This document shows, piece after piece, positions 19,201 to 26,481 of a stretch of DNA of 47,986 nt. This DNA is from an uncultured Clostridiaceae bacterium (GTDB lineage: Bacteria; Bacillota; Clostridia; Peptostreptococcales; Natronincolaceae). A program made the position numbers and the translations under genes. Positions within the stretch are counted from its first letter, which is position 1. Each line of letters starts with the position of its first letter. The DNA lies in contig CAZUTD010000001.1 in the NCBI GenBank assembly GCA_964623185.1, positions 1 through 47,986 on the forward strand, in the 5' to 3' direction. The notes under the pieces were generated by a model. It was not told where the DNA came from, did no database searches, and saw only the letters and a list, made by a program, of their open reading frames with translations.

Positions 19201-21711
19201 TAAATAATATAGCAAATTAATAAGCAGGGGGAATCCCATGATTATTATTCCCAGCCCTAACCAGAAAATCGCCTGACCTGGAAACACCGTTAAGGCAAAA
19301 ATAAACAATAAAAGCAGGGATATTGGCACTAGGCTCCGCCGCATATTATCTAAAATATGCCATCGTGCTAAAATTGGTAAAGGATTGTTTCTGCTTGGAA
19401 ACAACCATCTTATTAATTGCCAATCCCCCCTTACCCATCTATGAAGCCTAAGCATATAGGCGCTATATTTAGACGGATAATCGTCTATTAGTTCGAAATC
19501 CTCGGCTAATCCCGTTCTAAGATAACTTCCTTCTAATAAATCATGACTTAAGACCCTGTTTTCTGGTATTGCATTCTTTAAAAGCCTATTAAAAAGCTCC
19601 ACATCATAAATTCCCTTGCCCGTAAAAATACCCCTGCCAAATAAATCTTGATAAATGTCTGAGTTAGCTATAGTATACGAGTCAACCCCGCCCCTACCAG
19701 CAAAGGTTCTGGTGAAAAACGACCTATTTGCACTTTCTATGTTAACCCCGATTCTGGGTTGTATTAATCCATACCCTTCAATTACCACACCTTTCTTCTC
19801 ATCTATAATTGGCCTATTTAAGGGATGGGAAGCAATTCCAATTAATTTTTTCGCTGTATCCATAGGCAATTGGGTGTCGGCATCTATAGTTAAAATATAT
19901 TTTACGAATTTTAATTTTGTAATATCCCCTGAGAGAATGGAATAGGATGTTGATTCCTCGCCTAAAATTAACTGATTTAGCTCAACCAAGGCACCCCTTT
20001 TTCTTTCCCAACCCAGCCATTTATTTTGTTTTTGGCATAATTTCCTCTCCCTATGAAAATAATAGAAAATTTCCTTTCCATATTTCCTGTTTAAATTTTT
20101 TACCCCTTCCATTACTATATTGACAATTTCATTGTCTTCCGGCATTTCCTTGGTGTTAGCATCCTTAAAATCTCCTGCTAAGGCAAAATATAGGTTTTCT
20201 TCCAAATTGGCAAGATAAAAAACCTCTAATTGCCCCAAAATCTCCTTACCCCTTTGTCCGTCGGGAAGCAAAACAGGTACTACTACTAGGCTGCTTACCT
20301 CCTCAGGAATACCATTCCTGTACTCAATCCTGGGCAGAAAGCTTGGGGGAAATAAGTTTGTTAACAATGAATTAGTCAAGCTAACTGCCAAATCACTGGC
20401 AGAAATTAAAACAAGCAAACTAATTAAAGCCAATATTATCCCACTTGTTTCATTATGGAAACTTACTCCATAGGAAAGAGATAGCCAGAAAATAAGTATT
20501 GTAAATAGGGTAATGGGGATGAAATATATGGCTAAGGATTGTTTCTGAAGGAAATCCCTCTTATCAGGGTGATCTAAGGCCTCAAAAAGTTCTTTTCTAC
20601 CCTTATCAACCAGATAATATCCCACATGGCATTTTCTTTCATCCTCCTTCTTATCTTTTGCTAGCTGGCTTTGTTCAATAGCTTTTCTAGCCACTCTTGT
20701 TTCCGCTTCTTTTAATTTACGACCTATCTTCTCAACATGATTCCGATAATAATCCCTAGAATCAAAATCCAATTGGGAGTAGATATGGCCAGGATCCTTG
20801 TTTAAAATTTCCTCCACAATACTGAGACTTTCAAAAATATCATTCCAATCCAGGCTTGCTACCTTATTTAAACTTGTTATAGAATTTCCTATAGATATTT
20901 TTGCCTTTGCTTGGGTTTGATGCTCCTCCTCAACCAAGTCCCCAATTGTTGTATTATAATCTCTTAATTTTTTCTGCAAATAATTCAAAACTACTTCTGC
21001 CTCAATTTCATTCCTTTTCAATACCTTCAACAAATGTTCCACATAGGTAGAATTTGCCCTGCCATCTAATTCTATATTTGCTTTTATAGCTAACAAAATT
21101 TCCTCTTCTGGTAATTCCGCTGCCTTTTCAGCTTTTTCCCTTTCGCAATAAGAATAATATATCTTCTCACAAATTCTCCGGATATTTTCGATTAATGCTG
21201 TCCGAATCATCAGTGAAAGTGCCCATATTTCAGCTATTGTCAAGACTCTTTGGCATTGGTACGCTTTTACATAACTAATTAACAAATCCTCGTCTAGATT
21301 CCCATCAGTATGGGCAACAAATTCTAGGGCCACCCCATAAATTCTAGGATACCCCCTAAGAACACCAGTATTTAAGGTATTTAATCTTAGAAATTTCTCC
21401 TTTAACAAATTTTGTCTTACCTCTTTGGCCTGTTCCTCTACCTTGTAGAAGTTGTCTAATAACCATTCGGATGCTGGACATAGGTGTCCTTTATGGTTTA
21501 TAGCATCATGAAAATTTGCATATACCAGGGTAATAATTTTAAAATTTTGATCAATTCTTTTCAAAAGTTGACGCAAGGAAAAACTATCGGAAAATACAGT
21601 ATGATTTTTAGCAATTTCCCTGGCATGATGAACTAGTTCCTCAGAAGTTAGTAAGAGATTTTTTAAATCCATTCCTTGTTGTTTCCCATTTCTGCCCTTG
21701 TTAAGAAACAT
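13225..21711 (-). CDS. Cyclic beta-1,2-glucan synthase-like giant protein (Cgs/ChvB/NdvB architecture: GT84-like glycosyltransferase plus GH94 phosphorylase-like C-terminus)
   Basis: ORF 13225..21744 starts at a TTG. The ATG at 21711 lies 10 nt after AGGAGG and is preferred (2,828 aa). Motifs: IDADTQLP (aa 619-626), SHDLLEG, RLHRWVRGDWQ. TM clusters lie at about aa 403-465 and 805-975. C-terminal GH94-like segments are RFSDDLLWLP, GSGDWNDGMN and ENGGQYTHAA. Confidence 0.85.
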   Translation of the reverse strand: MFLNKGRNGKQQGMDLKNLLLTSEELVHHAREIAKNHTVFSDSFSLRQLLKRIDQNFKIITLVYANFHDAINHKGHLCPASEWLLDNFYKVEEQAKEVRQNLLKEKFLRLNTLNTGVLRGYPRIYGVALEFVAHTDGNLDEDLLISYVKAYQCQRVLTIAEIWALSLMIRTALIENIRRICEKIYYSYCEREKAEKAAELPEEEILLAIKANIELDGRANSTYVEHLLKVLKRNEIEAEVVLNYLQKKLRDYNTTIGDLVEEEHQTQAKAKISIGNSITSLNKVASLDWNDIFESLSIVEEILNKDPGHIYSQLDFDSRDYYRNHVEKIGRKLKEAETRVARKAIEQSQLAKDKKEDERKCHVGYYLVDKGRKELFEALDHPDKRDFLQKQSLAIYFIPITLFTILIFWLSLSYGVSFHNETSGIILALISLLVLISASDLAVSLTNSLLTNLFPPSFLPRIEYRNGIPEEVSSLVVVPVLLPDGQRGKEILGQLEVFYLANLEENLYFALAGDFKDANTKEMPEDNEIVNIVMEGVKNLNRKYGKEIFYYFHRERKLCQKQNKWLGWERKRGALVELNQLILGEESTSYSILSGDITKLKFVKYILTIDADTQLPMDTAKKLIGIASHPLNRPIIDEKKGVVIEGYGLIQPRIGVNIESANRSFFTRTFAGRGGVDSYTIANSDIYQDLFGRGIFTGKGIYDVELFNRLLKNAIPENRVLSHDLLEGSYLRTGLAEDFELIDDYPSKYSAYMLRLHRWVRGDWQLIRWLFPSRNNPLPILARWHILDNMRRSLVPISLLLLFIFALTVFPGQAIFWLGLGIIIMGFPLLINLLYYLKDRYYMRQNDRVKGDLVAEVKAAFYRVVLDFIFLPYEAYMMADAILRTLYRILISKDNLLEWTTAADVERNLTDDFKSFAIRMQSSFIITAILLISTFTLKPYNFFYTIPIAFLWGMGPFVAFNISKETRKGDHKLQKYELELLRKIGRKTWAYYEDFVGDESNNLPPDNYQLIPKDLLAQRTSPTNIGIYIISVLSARDFGYLSTSEMVKRIEKTITTIGKMEKWKGHLFNWYDTLTLEILRPYYISTVDSGNFISYIITAREGLKEYLKRPLIGKEILMGLRDTLILLEDNDGIIMDDLYGCLCQEKSIVDQLMDISHHIKNRQKDLDAYCGWERRFYDMADIICREVEGFFITKPIIIDKYQLDLEDKSLSELKIIYKEILGELRQAGNEDLEKELLQKINNIDGLIGKINKVIKSMDDIVEATEFIHLYDPKRHLFSIGYNMDEERLTNSYYDLLASEARTASYIAIARREVPQKHWFKLGRTMTLIDGSRSLVSWTGTMFEYFMPYLIMKNYDNGLMDETYSTTIKAQKTYCQNKNIPWGISESGYYSFDMALNYQYKAFGIPDLGLKRGLSKDLVISAYSTFLALPFRPRDAMDNILALIQTGAEGQYGLYEAIDYMPRAMVSEEKFEIVKSFMAHHQGMIFVSLNNFFNKNIMQKRFHKDPVIRAGETLLQERIPTRIIITKQYKEGICSSGKAKEKFETEKVVRTYGGWEGPLAQCHLLSNGNYSLMLTNWGTGYSKIRDIQISRWRQDAITGKDGIYIFINHLNKNRIWSTGVAPFYQQADSYRVNFSQDKAEFFRKDEDIDTHTEIVVSPEDNVEIRKIRLTNHGEELANIEVTSYFEIVLTHQNADLAHPAFSNLFVRTEVLPEENALIASRRSRENGKEAKWIFHRVAVEGETMGGLQYESNREAFIGRGRDISNAVALTKPLGGSVGIVLDPIMSLKKTMKVSPGQSVIVYFTIGIEKTKEKVISLVKKYGDSSAIDRAFQLAITRSQVEINYLDIKPSELKLYQDMIAQIIYLNPLRRKYEDILKANNKSQSGLWAYGISGDLPIVLISIKNTEDIGVVKQFIKAHEYWRLRGLSVDLLILNEDASNYFQPLHHLIQDVVSSGQGKHIMDQPGGIFIKNVSNMPLEDKNLLYTVARLVVRAEEGFLSKQIEMKEEDLFEDKIFDKAGKQYSIKEDVLELEYDNGYGGFSKDGKEYIIQLKDDISTPAPWINVVANKEFGFIISERGSSFTWAENSRENRLTPWSNDYVGDPSGEIIYIRDEDTGETWSPTGQPIRSKATYTIGHGLGYSRFLHKGNGIDQQLTVYVAKEDSIKINLLKLKNPGKEKRNLSLIYFIRPVMGISDEITQQYIVTDLDKQGRGILIRNPYNADFKGRIGFVSTSEKIHSFTCDRREFVGIQGNMEKPAGLKREKFSNSFGAGYDPCVALQVNLEIQGQEEKELVFLLGQGQNFDQVDKMISYYREMDNCTNALNEIRDYWLGLVATIQVETPDLSMNLMLNQWLIYQSICCRIWARSAFYQSGGAYGYRDQLQDAMNMVYPSPEITREQILLNCAHQFVEGDVQHWWHPGAGDKGIRTRFSDDLLWLPYAVVEYLEITEDYSILEEEVGFLEEEPLREDEDERYGIPRISQEKASVYEHCLRSIERGLKFGQHGIPLMGSGDWNDGMNTVGNKGKGESVWLGWFMYSILMDFAKLCRKMGEEDRANRYVNHARGIGQAIEKNAWDGGWYIRAFFDDGSPLGSASNTECKIDSLAQSWSIISQGGNKERSIKAMQAVEEYLIKKNEGLILLFTPPFDKGDQNPGYIKGYVPGVRENGGQYTHAATWVIKAFSMLGDGDKAWELFNLINPINHSRTPLECATYKLEPYVMAADVYAVNPHIGRGGWSWYTGVSGWMYRVGIKDILGLKKKGDKLIIDPCIPKDWKEYKVSYRYLSTLYNITVKNPDGVNNMVKKIILDDKPILGKYIPLIDDKKDHKVEVIM

Positions 21712-21751
21712 ATGTATTTTTCCTCCTTGTAGTAAAAAAGTCAAAACAAAA

Positions 21752-24235
21752 TTATTTCTGACTTTTTAATAATTTTTTGATCTTTTCCTTGTAAAATACC
21801 GATAACTCCTCTGCATATTCCTCAGAGAAACCTTCAGTGTAGATATTGAACAAAGGTTTTGCACTATCCGGCAGGATTAAGGTCCAACCCCTTTTATCTT
21901 TGATTTTAACACCTTCGAACAATTCTATATCTGTGGGTAAATATTCTTGTGCAAGCTGTTGGATAATCCGGCCCTTATCCTGCCACTCACAGGATATCTT
22001 ATCCTTTATAAAATAAAATTTTGGTATCTCCTTAAGCAGGTCCTCTAGCTTTATACTATTTCTAGTGAGAAAATCCACTATCATACCCAGACCCCATATA
22101 GCATGATAAGTCAAGATATATTGTGATAAACCTTTTTGTTTACCTTCTTCAACCATGGTCATACCATTCATAACACTTGCTGGACTAGATTTTACCCGTA
22201 TTATTTCAACCCCATAAGCTTGGGCAATTTTTTCGATACCGCTGGGTGCATTATAGGCTAATACAAGTTTTCCCTTATAGCCCTCTTTTAATAAAAGCAT
22301 AATCGTTAAGATATCAAACTTTTCATCTTTGATAATATCCCCATTTTGAGTAATTAAAGCCATCTCTTCCCCATTTTCATTAATTATTACACCAAAATCT
22401 GCCGCCTTTTCCCCCGTTTTTTGGGCTATAATTTCCAAATAATCCTTCATGGGAATTTCAGTAAGACTATCATGTATTATCTCTACATTACACCCAATCC
22501 TCTTAAGAAATTGTCCACCCAATTCCTGTATTAAGCTTGATTTTGAACTAATTATAATTAAGGGGGACTTCCTCTTTATTGCCGGAATATCCATTAGAAA
22601 ATCCATCCCATTATTTATATAAAACTCTTGGAAGTTCTCTATATTGAGGCTGGATTGGATGTCCTCCGCCTTACACCGTTTAAATTCTTCCCTATTAAAC
22701 AGATTTTCTATTTCCCTTTCTGCTGACCGTTGGATATTAACCCCCTTTTCATCTGCAAACTCGATATGGACCAAATTCCTATCCATCTTGTCCATTCTTA
22801 TATGTATTCCACCACTGCCATTAAAATGTTCAATTGCAAAACGATTAACCGGCATGACTGTTTTTCCGATATCAATTATCCCAGAACCAGAAGATCTCAT
22901 CCCCACTACCAAAGCGTTCTTAATAATCTTGCTAGCATTTGAAGCATCCGAACTAACTATTATGGTAGGTTTACCCTTGAGTGTGGAAACAAATGCTGCA
23001 CCCAATTTAGATGCAAATTCAGGACTGACATCAATATTCATTTCGCCAGAAACACCCTTAAAACCAAAAATATTTTTACATGCCTTTGTTCCCCAAACCA
23101 GGTTTTCATTGACAATAGTTTTTTCCTCTATCCACTTTTCCGGCCAGATTTTAATATTGGGCTTTATGATAACGCCCTCATCTAATCTGCTGTCATCCCC
23201 GATTACTGCATTTTCATAAATTTCTACATCCTTGCTTATTTTTACATTCTTACAAATTACTCCACCACGGCAATCTGCATTTTGTCCCACAACTACATTA
23301 TTCCAAATAACTGACCTTTTTAAAGACACCCCTTTTCCTATACTGCAACCGTCCCCTATCACCGTATAAGCTTCTATTTTACTTCCCCCACGAATTATAC
23401 AGTCCTCCCCAATATATACCGGTGGTTGAAAACTAACATTTCTGTCAATTTGTGTTCCATTTCCAACCCATACTCCTTTCTCTATCTCGTGACCCGATAA
23501 TTGAAAATCTACTTTACGGTCTAATAAATCAAAATGAGTTTGGACATAGGAGTCTAGAGCACCTACATCGCACCAATAATCATTAGTAATATAACCATAC
23601 ATTGCTACCCCATCTGCTAATAATTTTGGAAAGAGATCCTTGCTAAAGTCAAAGTTTTCTCCCCGTTTAAAATAATCCAAAACTTCTGGTTCCAAAACAT
23701 AGATACCGGTATTTATCGTATTGCTAAAGACCTCACCCCAACTAGGTTTTTCCAAAAATCTTCTTATATTACCATCCTTATTAATAATAACAACCCCATA
23801 TTCTACGGGATAAGCTTCATTTTTTAAAACAAGCGTAGCCTTAGAACCCTTACTTTTATGAAAATCTACTGCTTTATCTATGTCTATATCTGTAATGGCA
23901 TCTCCGCTCAATACAATAAAAGTTTTTTCTATAAAGTCCTCGGCATTTTTAACACTACCACCCGTACCCAGGGGAATATCCTCCTCAAAATATTTTATAT
24001 TTACACCCCACTTTTCACCCTGACCAAAATAATCGATGATTTTGTTTGGAAGATGGGCAATTGTAACCCCAATATCGCTTATTTTATGTCTTTTTAGCAA
24101 TTCTATAGTATATTCCATCGTGGGTTTATTAAGTATAGGCACCATAGGTTTGGGAATACAACAAGTAAGGGGCTTTAATCTCGTTCCTTTTCCTCCTGCC
24201 ATAATAATTGCTTTTATAACAATCCCTCCATTCAT
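21752..24235 (-). CDS. Sugar-1-phosphate nucleotidyltransferase (with left-handed beta-helix) fused to a PGM/PMM-like domain that has degenerate catalytic loops
   Basis: 827 aa. The N-terminus MAGGKGTRLKPLT..PKPMVPI and the FLEKPS motif indicate an NTP-transferase. Hexapeptide repeats span about aa 250-360. Residues 388-810 align by eye to the PGM/PMM fold (ADFGVIINENGEEMALITQNGDII against the AlgC-type ADLGIAFDGDGDRVGVVTNTGTII). It lies 40 nt upstream of cgs on the same strand. Confidence 0.8.
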   Translation of the reverse strand: MNGGIVIKAIIMAGGKGTRLKPLTCCIPKPMVPILNKPTMEYTIELLKRHKISDIGVTIAHLPNKIIDYFGQGEKWGVNIKYFEEDIPLGTGGSVKNAEDFIEKTFIVLSGDAITDIDIDKAVDFHKSKGSKATLVLKNEAYPVEYGVVIINKDGNIRRFLEKPSWGEVFSNTINTGIYVLEPEVLDYFKRGENFDFSKDLFPKLLADGVAMYGYITNDYWCDVGALDSYVQTHFDLLDRKVDFQLSGHEIEKGVWVGNGTQIDRNVSFQPPVYIGEDCIIRGGSKIEAYTVIGDGCSIGKGVSLKRSVIWNNVVVGQNADCRGGVICKNVKISKDVEIYENAVIGDDSRLDEGVIIKPNIKIWPEKWIEEKTIVNENLVWGTKACKNIFGFKGVSGEMNIDVSPEFASKLGAAFVSTLKGKPTIIVSSDASNASKIIKNALVVGMRSSGSGIIDIGKTVMPVNRFAIEHFNGSGGIHIRMDKMDRNLVHIEFADEKGVNIQRSAEREIENLFNREEFKRCKAEDIQSSLNIENFQEFYINNGMDFLMDIPAIKRKSPLIIISSKSSLIQELGGQFLKRIGCNVEIIHDSLTEIPMKDYLEIIAQKTGEKAADFGVIINENGEEMALITQNGDIIKDEKFDILTIMLLLKEGYKGKLVLAYNAPSGIEKIAQAYGVEIIRVKSSPASVMNGMTMVEEGKQKGLSQYILTYHAIWGLGMIVDFLTRNSIKLEDLLKEIPKFYFIKDKISCEWQDKGRIIQQLAQEYLPTDIELFEGVKIKDKRGWTLILPDSAKPLFNIYTEGFSEEYAEELSVFYKEKIKKLLKSQK

Positions 24236-24254
24236 CCTACTTTTGCATCAATCT

Positions 24255-24260
24255 TTATCA
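24255..24260. other. Novel join point of the tandem duplication
   Basis: The join reads caatctttAT|caagttc. The AT at 24257..24258 is shared by both parental boundaries (1426..1427 and 47088..47089). Confidence 0.95.
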
Positions 24261-24302
24261 AGTTCAATATAAAATGTAATATTTAGTTATATTCTTTATT
24301 CC

Positions 24303-24331
24303 ATAATATATCAGCAGCCATATACTGTCAA
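24303..24331 (-). promoter_or_regulatory. Duplicated copy of the hydF-leader promoter, now facing the unit-1 nucleotidyltransferase-cgs operon
   Basis: Same TTGACA-17-TATTAT sequence as 1472..1500. Downstream on the minus strand come about 40 nt of hydF leader, then the junction, then 21 nt, then the ATG at 24235. Confidence 0.55.
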
Positions 24332-24365
24332 TATCTTTTCCGTAAATTCGTTAAAAACTTAACTC

Positions 24366-25013
24366 CTAATCTTCTACCCCCCTCATTTTACATTTAAGAT
24401 TTCCGCATTTTTCACATGTATGACGCTTGTAGCTTTTTTTCGAGTAATTAGTTGTCGCATACAAGAATCCCATCGATTTCAAGGGTTGGAATACAAATTT
24501 GTCATTGAGATTTATGCCCAACTTCACCAATTCCAACCTTTCCCATAAAACCCCTTGGTAATGAAATGGAATTCCTTCATCCCCGGGTATTATCTTATTA
24601 CCCAAATATATGCCTAACTCACGCATTTCTTTAAATATTTTTTGACAAAGTTCTTCCCCCATACTAAATAGTAAATCATTGGCCATAATATCTAAAACCA
24701 GAGCCTGCAAATAATGTCCCTGGTTAAATAATTCCTCACATTTTGTCCCTATCTTCCCTCCCAAACTTATAAAACTATATACCACCACACTAGAATCATT
24801 TAGTAAATTTATTTTTAACTCTTCCTGCTTATTTTCAAATTTCCATACCCCGATTGGCTCATTCAGCTTCTCTATAATGGGCAATAACTTGTCAAATAAA
24901 TGATTGACCTTTTCATAAATACTGGTTTCTTTGGCACAATCCATTGCGGATAATACCTTGTCCCTATCAATATCAAGCAAAAATTCTTTTTCTATTCTTA
25001 TCTCTTTCCCCAT
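24366..25013 (-). CDS. MetH activation-domain-like protein with C-terminal Cys cluster (copy 2)
   Basis: Identical translation to 1535..2197 at offset +22,831. Confidence 0.45.
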   Translation of the reverse strand: MGKEIRIEKEFLLDIDRDKVLSAMDCAKETSIYEKVNHLFDKLLPIIEKLNEPIGVWKFENKQEELKINLLNDSSVVVYSFISLGGKIGTKCEELFNQGHYLQALVLDIMANDLLFSMGEELCQKIFKEMRELGIYLGNKIIPGDEGIPFHYQGVLWERLELVKLGINLNDKFVFQPLKSMGFLYATTNYSKKSYKRHTCEKCGNLKCKMRGVED

Positions 25014-25054
25014 ATGTTTTTCTCCCACCCATATCTTATCTGTTGCTTGGACTC

Positions 25055-25083
25055 ATTATAACATTTAACTCCAATATTAAAAA
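25055..25083 (-). promoter_or_regulatory. Putative extended -10 promoter (copy 2 of 2224..2252)
   Basis: Lies inside the duplicated unit at offset +22,831. Confidence 0.4.
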
Positions 25084-25126
25084 CAGGCTCCCACTATTAA
25101 AGGACAACCTGTTTTCTGACATTTTG

Positions 25127-25546
25127 TTATTTTAATTTTTTAGCCTCTTCTATTAATAAAGCATCTTCCTGATTTTGAGCTTTAGGTTCTTCTAGATAAT
25201 GGGGTATTTTCTTGCCATTACCATCAACTGTTACAAAGGTAATAAAGCCATCCACAACAACTTTTTCTTCCCCTTCCCTCGATACAGCAGCGTAGGCAGT
25301 TATACTTGTAGTCCCAGTTAAAACCACCTTGGATGCAACAGCCAGGATATCCCCCTTATTTAAAGGTTCTCTAAATCGCATTCCGTGAATTTTTACACAG
25401 ACTATACTTTCAGAATTCCCATATGTAGCTGCGGCAGCAACAAAACATGCCTCTGTAAACCATTCAGCCATTCTACCGGCAAACAGTGTACCGTGGTGGT
25501 TTAAATCCTCTCCCTTAATAAGATGTGCTAATTTAAAAGTCTTCAA
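25127..25546 (-). CDS. Acyl-CoA thioesterase, hotdog fold (copy 2)
   Basis: Identical translation to 2296..2715. Confidence 0.75.
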   Translation of the reverse strand: MKTFKLAHLIKGEDLNHHGTLFAGRMAEWFTEACFVAAAATYGNSESIVCVKIHGMRFREPLNKGDILAVASKVVLTGTTSITAYAAVSREGEEKVVVDGFITFVTVDGNGKKIPHYLEEPKAQNQEDALLIEEAKKLK

Positions 25547-25590
25547 CTTACTTCCTCCTTATGTAATTTATCATTTTGCATATGTAATAC

Positions 25591-25620
25591 ATTATACAAG
25601 CTTAATATAGATTATTGCAA
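25591..25620 (-). promoter_or_regulatory. SigA-type promoter TTGCAA-18-TATAAT (copy 2 of 2760..2789)
   Basis: This intergenic region was compared base by base with copy 1 and is identical. Confidence 0.55.
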
Positions 25621-25792
25621 GTTATGACATGTATTTTGATAAAACTTTTTACTAAATCCCATTTCGTGAATAAAGCCTAATAATCGCTGCCAATACTATA
25701 TACAATATGATATATTCCCCTTAATAGCGATAATTAAACATTTGCCAAAGGGTACAATGTCTAAGTTTGCATATTATGACGAATTGCTTCCC

Positions 25793-25821
25793 TGTACCCA
25801 AACCCAAATTTGTGTTATAAT
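25793..25821 (+). promoter_or_regulatory. Putative extended -10 promoter (copy 2 of 2962..2990)
   Basis: TGTTATAAT at 25813..25821. Identical to copy 1. Confidence 0.45.
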
Positions 25822-25882
25822 TCTTTTATTCCATCTTTTTTATGTTTACGAAAATTAGCTAGAGTTTGGGGGTTTTGCTTAT

Positions 25883-26428
25883 ATGAGTAAGGTTGAAAAT
25901 AAATATTCTTATCCTTCCCTGGTAAAAATATATAAAATATCTATGATTTCTTTATCCCTTGCTATTGTTTTTATATCTATATGGGATTTAGCTTTCAGTA
26001 TTAATGAAAGCACCATTACCATAATTGCTAGACTTGACTGGATTATATGGAGTGTATTTATTCTCGACTTAATTATTAATTTAATAATAGTGGAAGATAA
26101 AAAAAGGCATATAAAAATCAGCTTAATCGAAATAGCAGTAGTGACTCCATTTGCAGTTTTTTTAAAACTTCCTGTTTATCTAAGGTCATCCAAGTTAATC
26201 CAAAAAACGGGTGTCCTTGCAAATCCTGTGGTAGTTACACCTGGCAAAACATCTCAAGAGGTGATTAATAAAATCAATTTATTGTTATCACAAAAATTTA
26301 TTATACGGTCTTTTGCTTTTATTATGAAACCAAATGTTATCAGAATCTCAAAATTTATTAACCTTTCTGGAAGTTATTTTAGAAAAACAAAGAATTCAAA
26401 AACAGATGAAGATAAAAATAATTCTTAA
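25883..26428 (+). CDS. Small voltage-sensor-like membrane protein (copy 2)
   Basis: Identical translation to 3052..3597. Confidence 0.35.
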   Translation: MSKVENKYSYPSLVKIYKISMISLSLAIVFISIWDLAFSINESTITIIARLDWIIWSVFILDLIINLIIVEDKKRHIKISLIEIAVVTPFAVFLKLPVYLRSSKLIQKTGVLANPVVVTPGKTSQEVINKINLLLSQKFIIRSFAFIMKPNVIRISKFINLSGSYFRKTKNSKTDEDKNNS

Positions 26429-26435
26429 ATCAAAT

Positions 26436-26481
26436 AAATCCACCCTTAAAATATATGAAGGTGGATTTAAATTTGATTTTT
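26436..26481. terminator. Bidirectional intrinsic terminator (copy 2 of 3605..3650)
   Basis: Same hairpin, AAATCCACC pairing with GGTGGATTT. Confidence 0.6.

Larger units (their letters stand above)
1426..24256. repeat. Tandem direct duplication, unit 1 (22,831 bp)
   Basis: All ORF-track entries inside recur at +22,831 with identical translations on both strands. Four intergenic regions compared base by base are identical. Left boundary is ctcttagg|ATcaagttc. Confidence 0.97.

Noticed and set aside
21712-21744. N-terminal extensions from the ORF track: cgs TTG at 21744, hydF TTG at 1263, and the 220-aa gene GTG at 2197.
   Set aside because: In each case an in-frame ATG a few codons downstream is preceded by a well-spaced AGGAGG- or GGGGG-type RBS that lies inside the extension. 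The shorter forms are therefore preferred.
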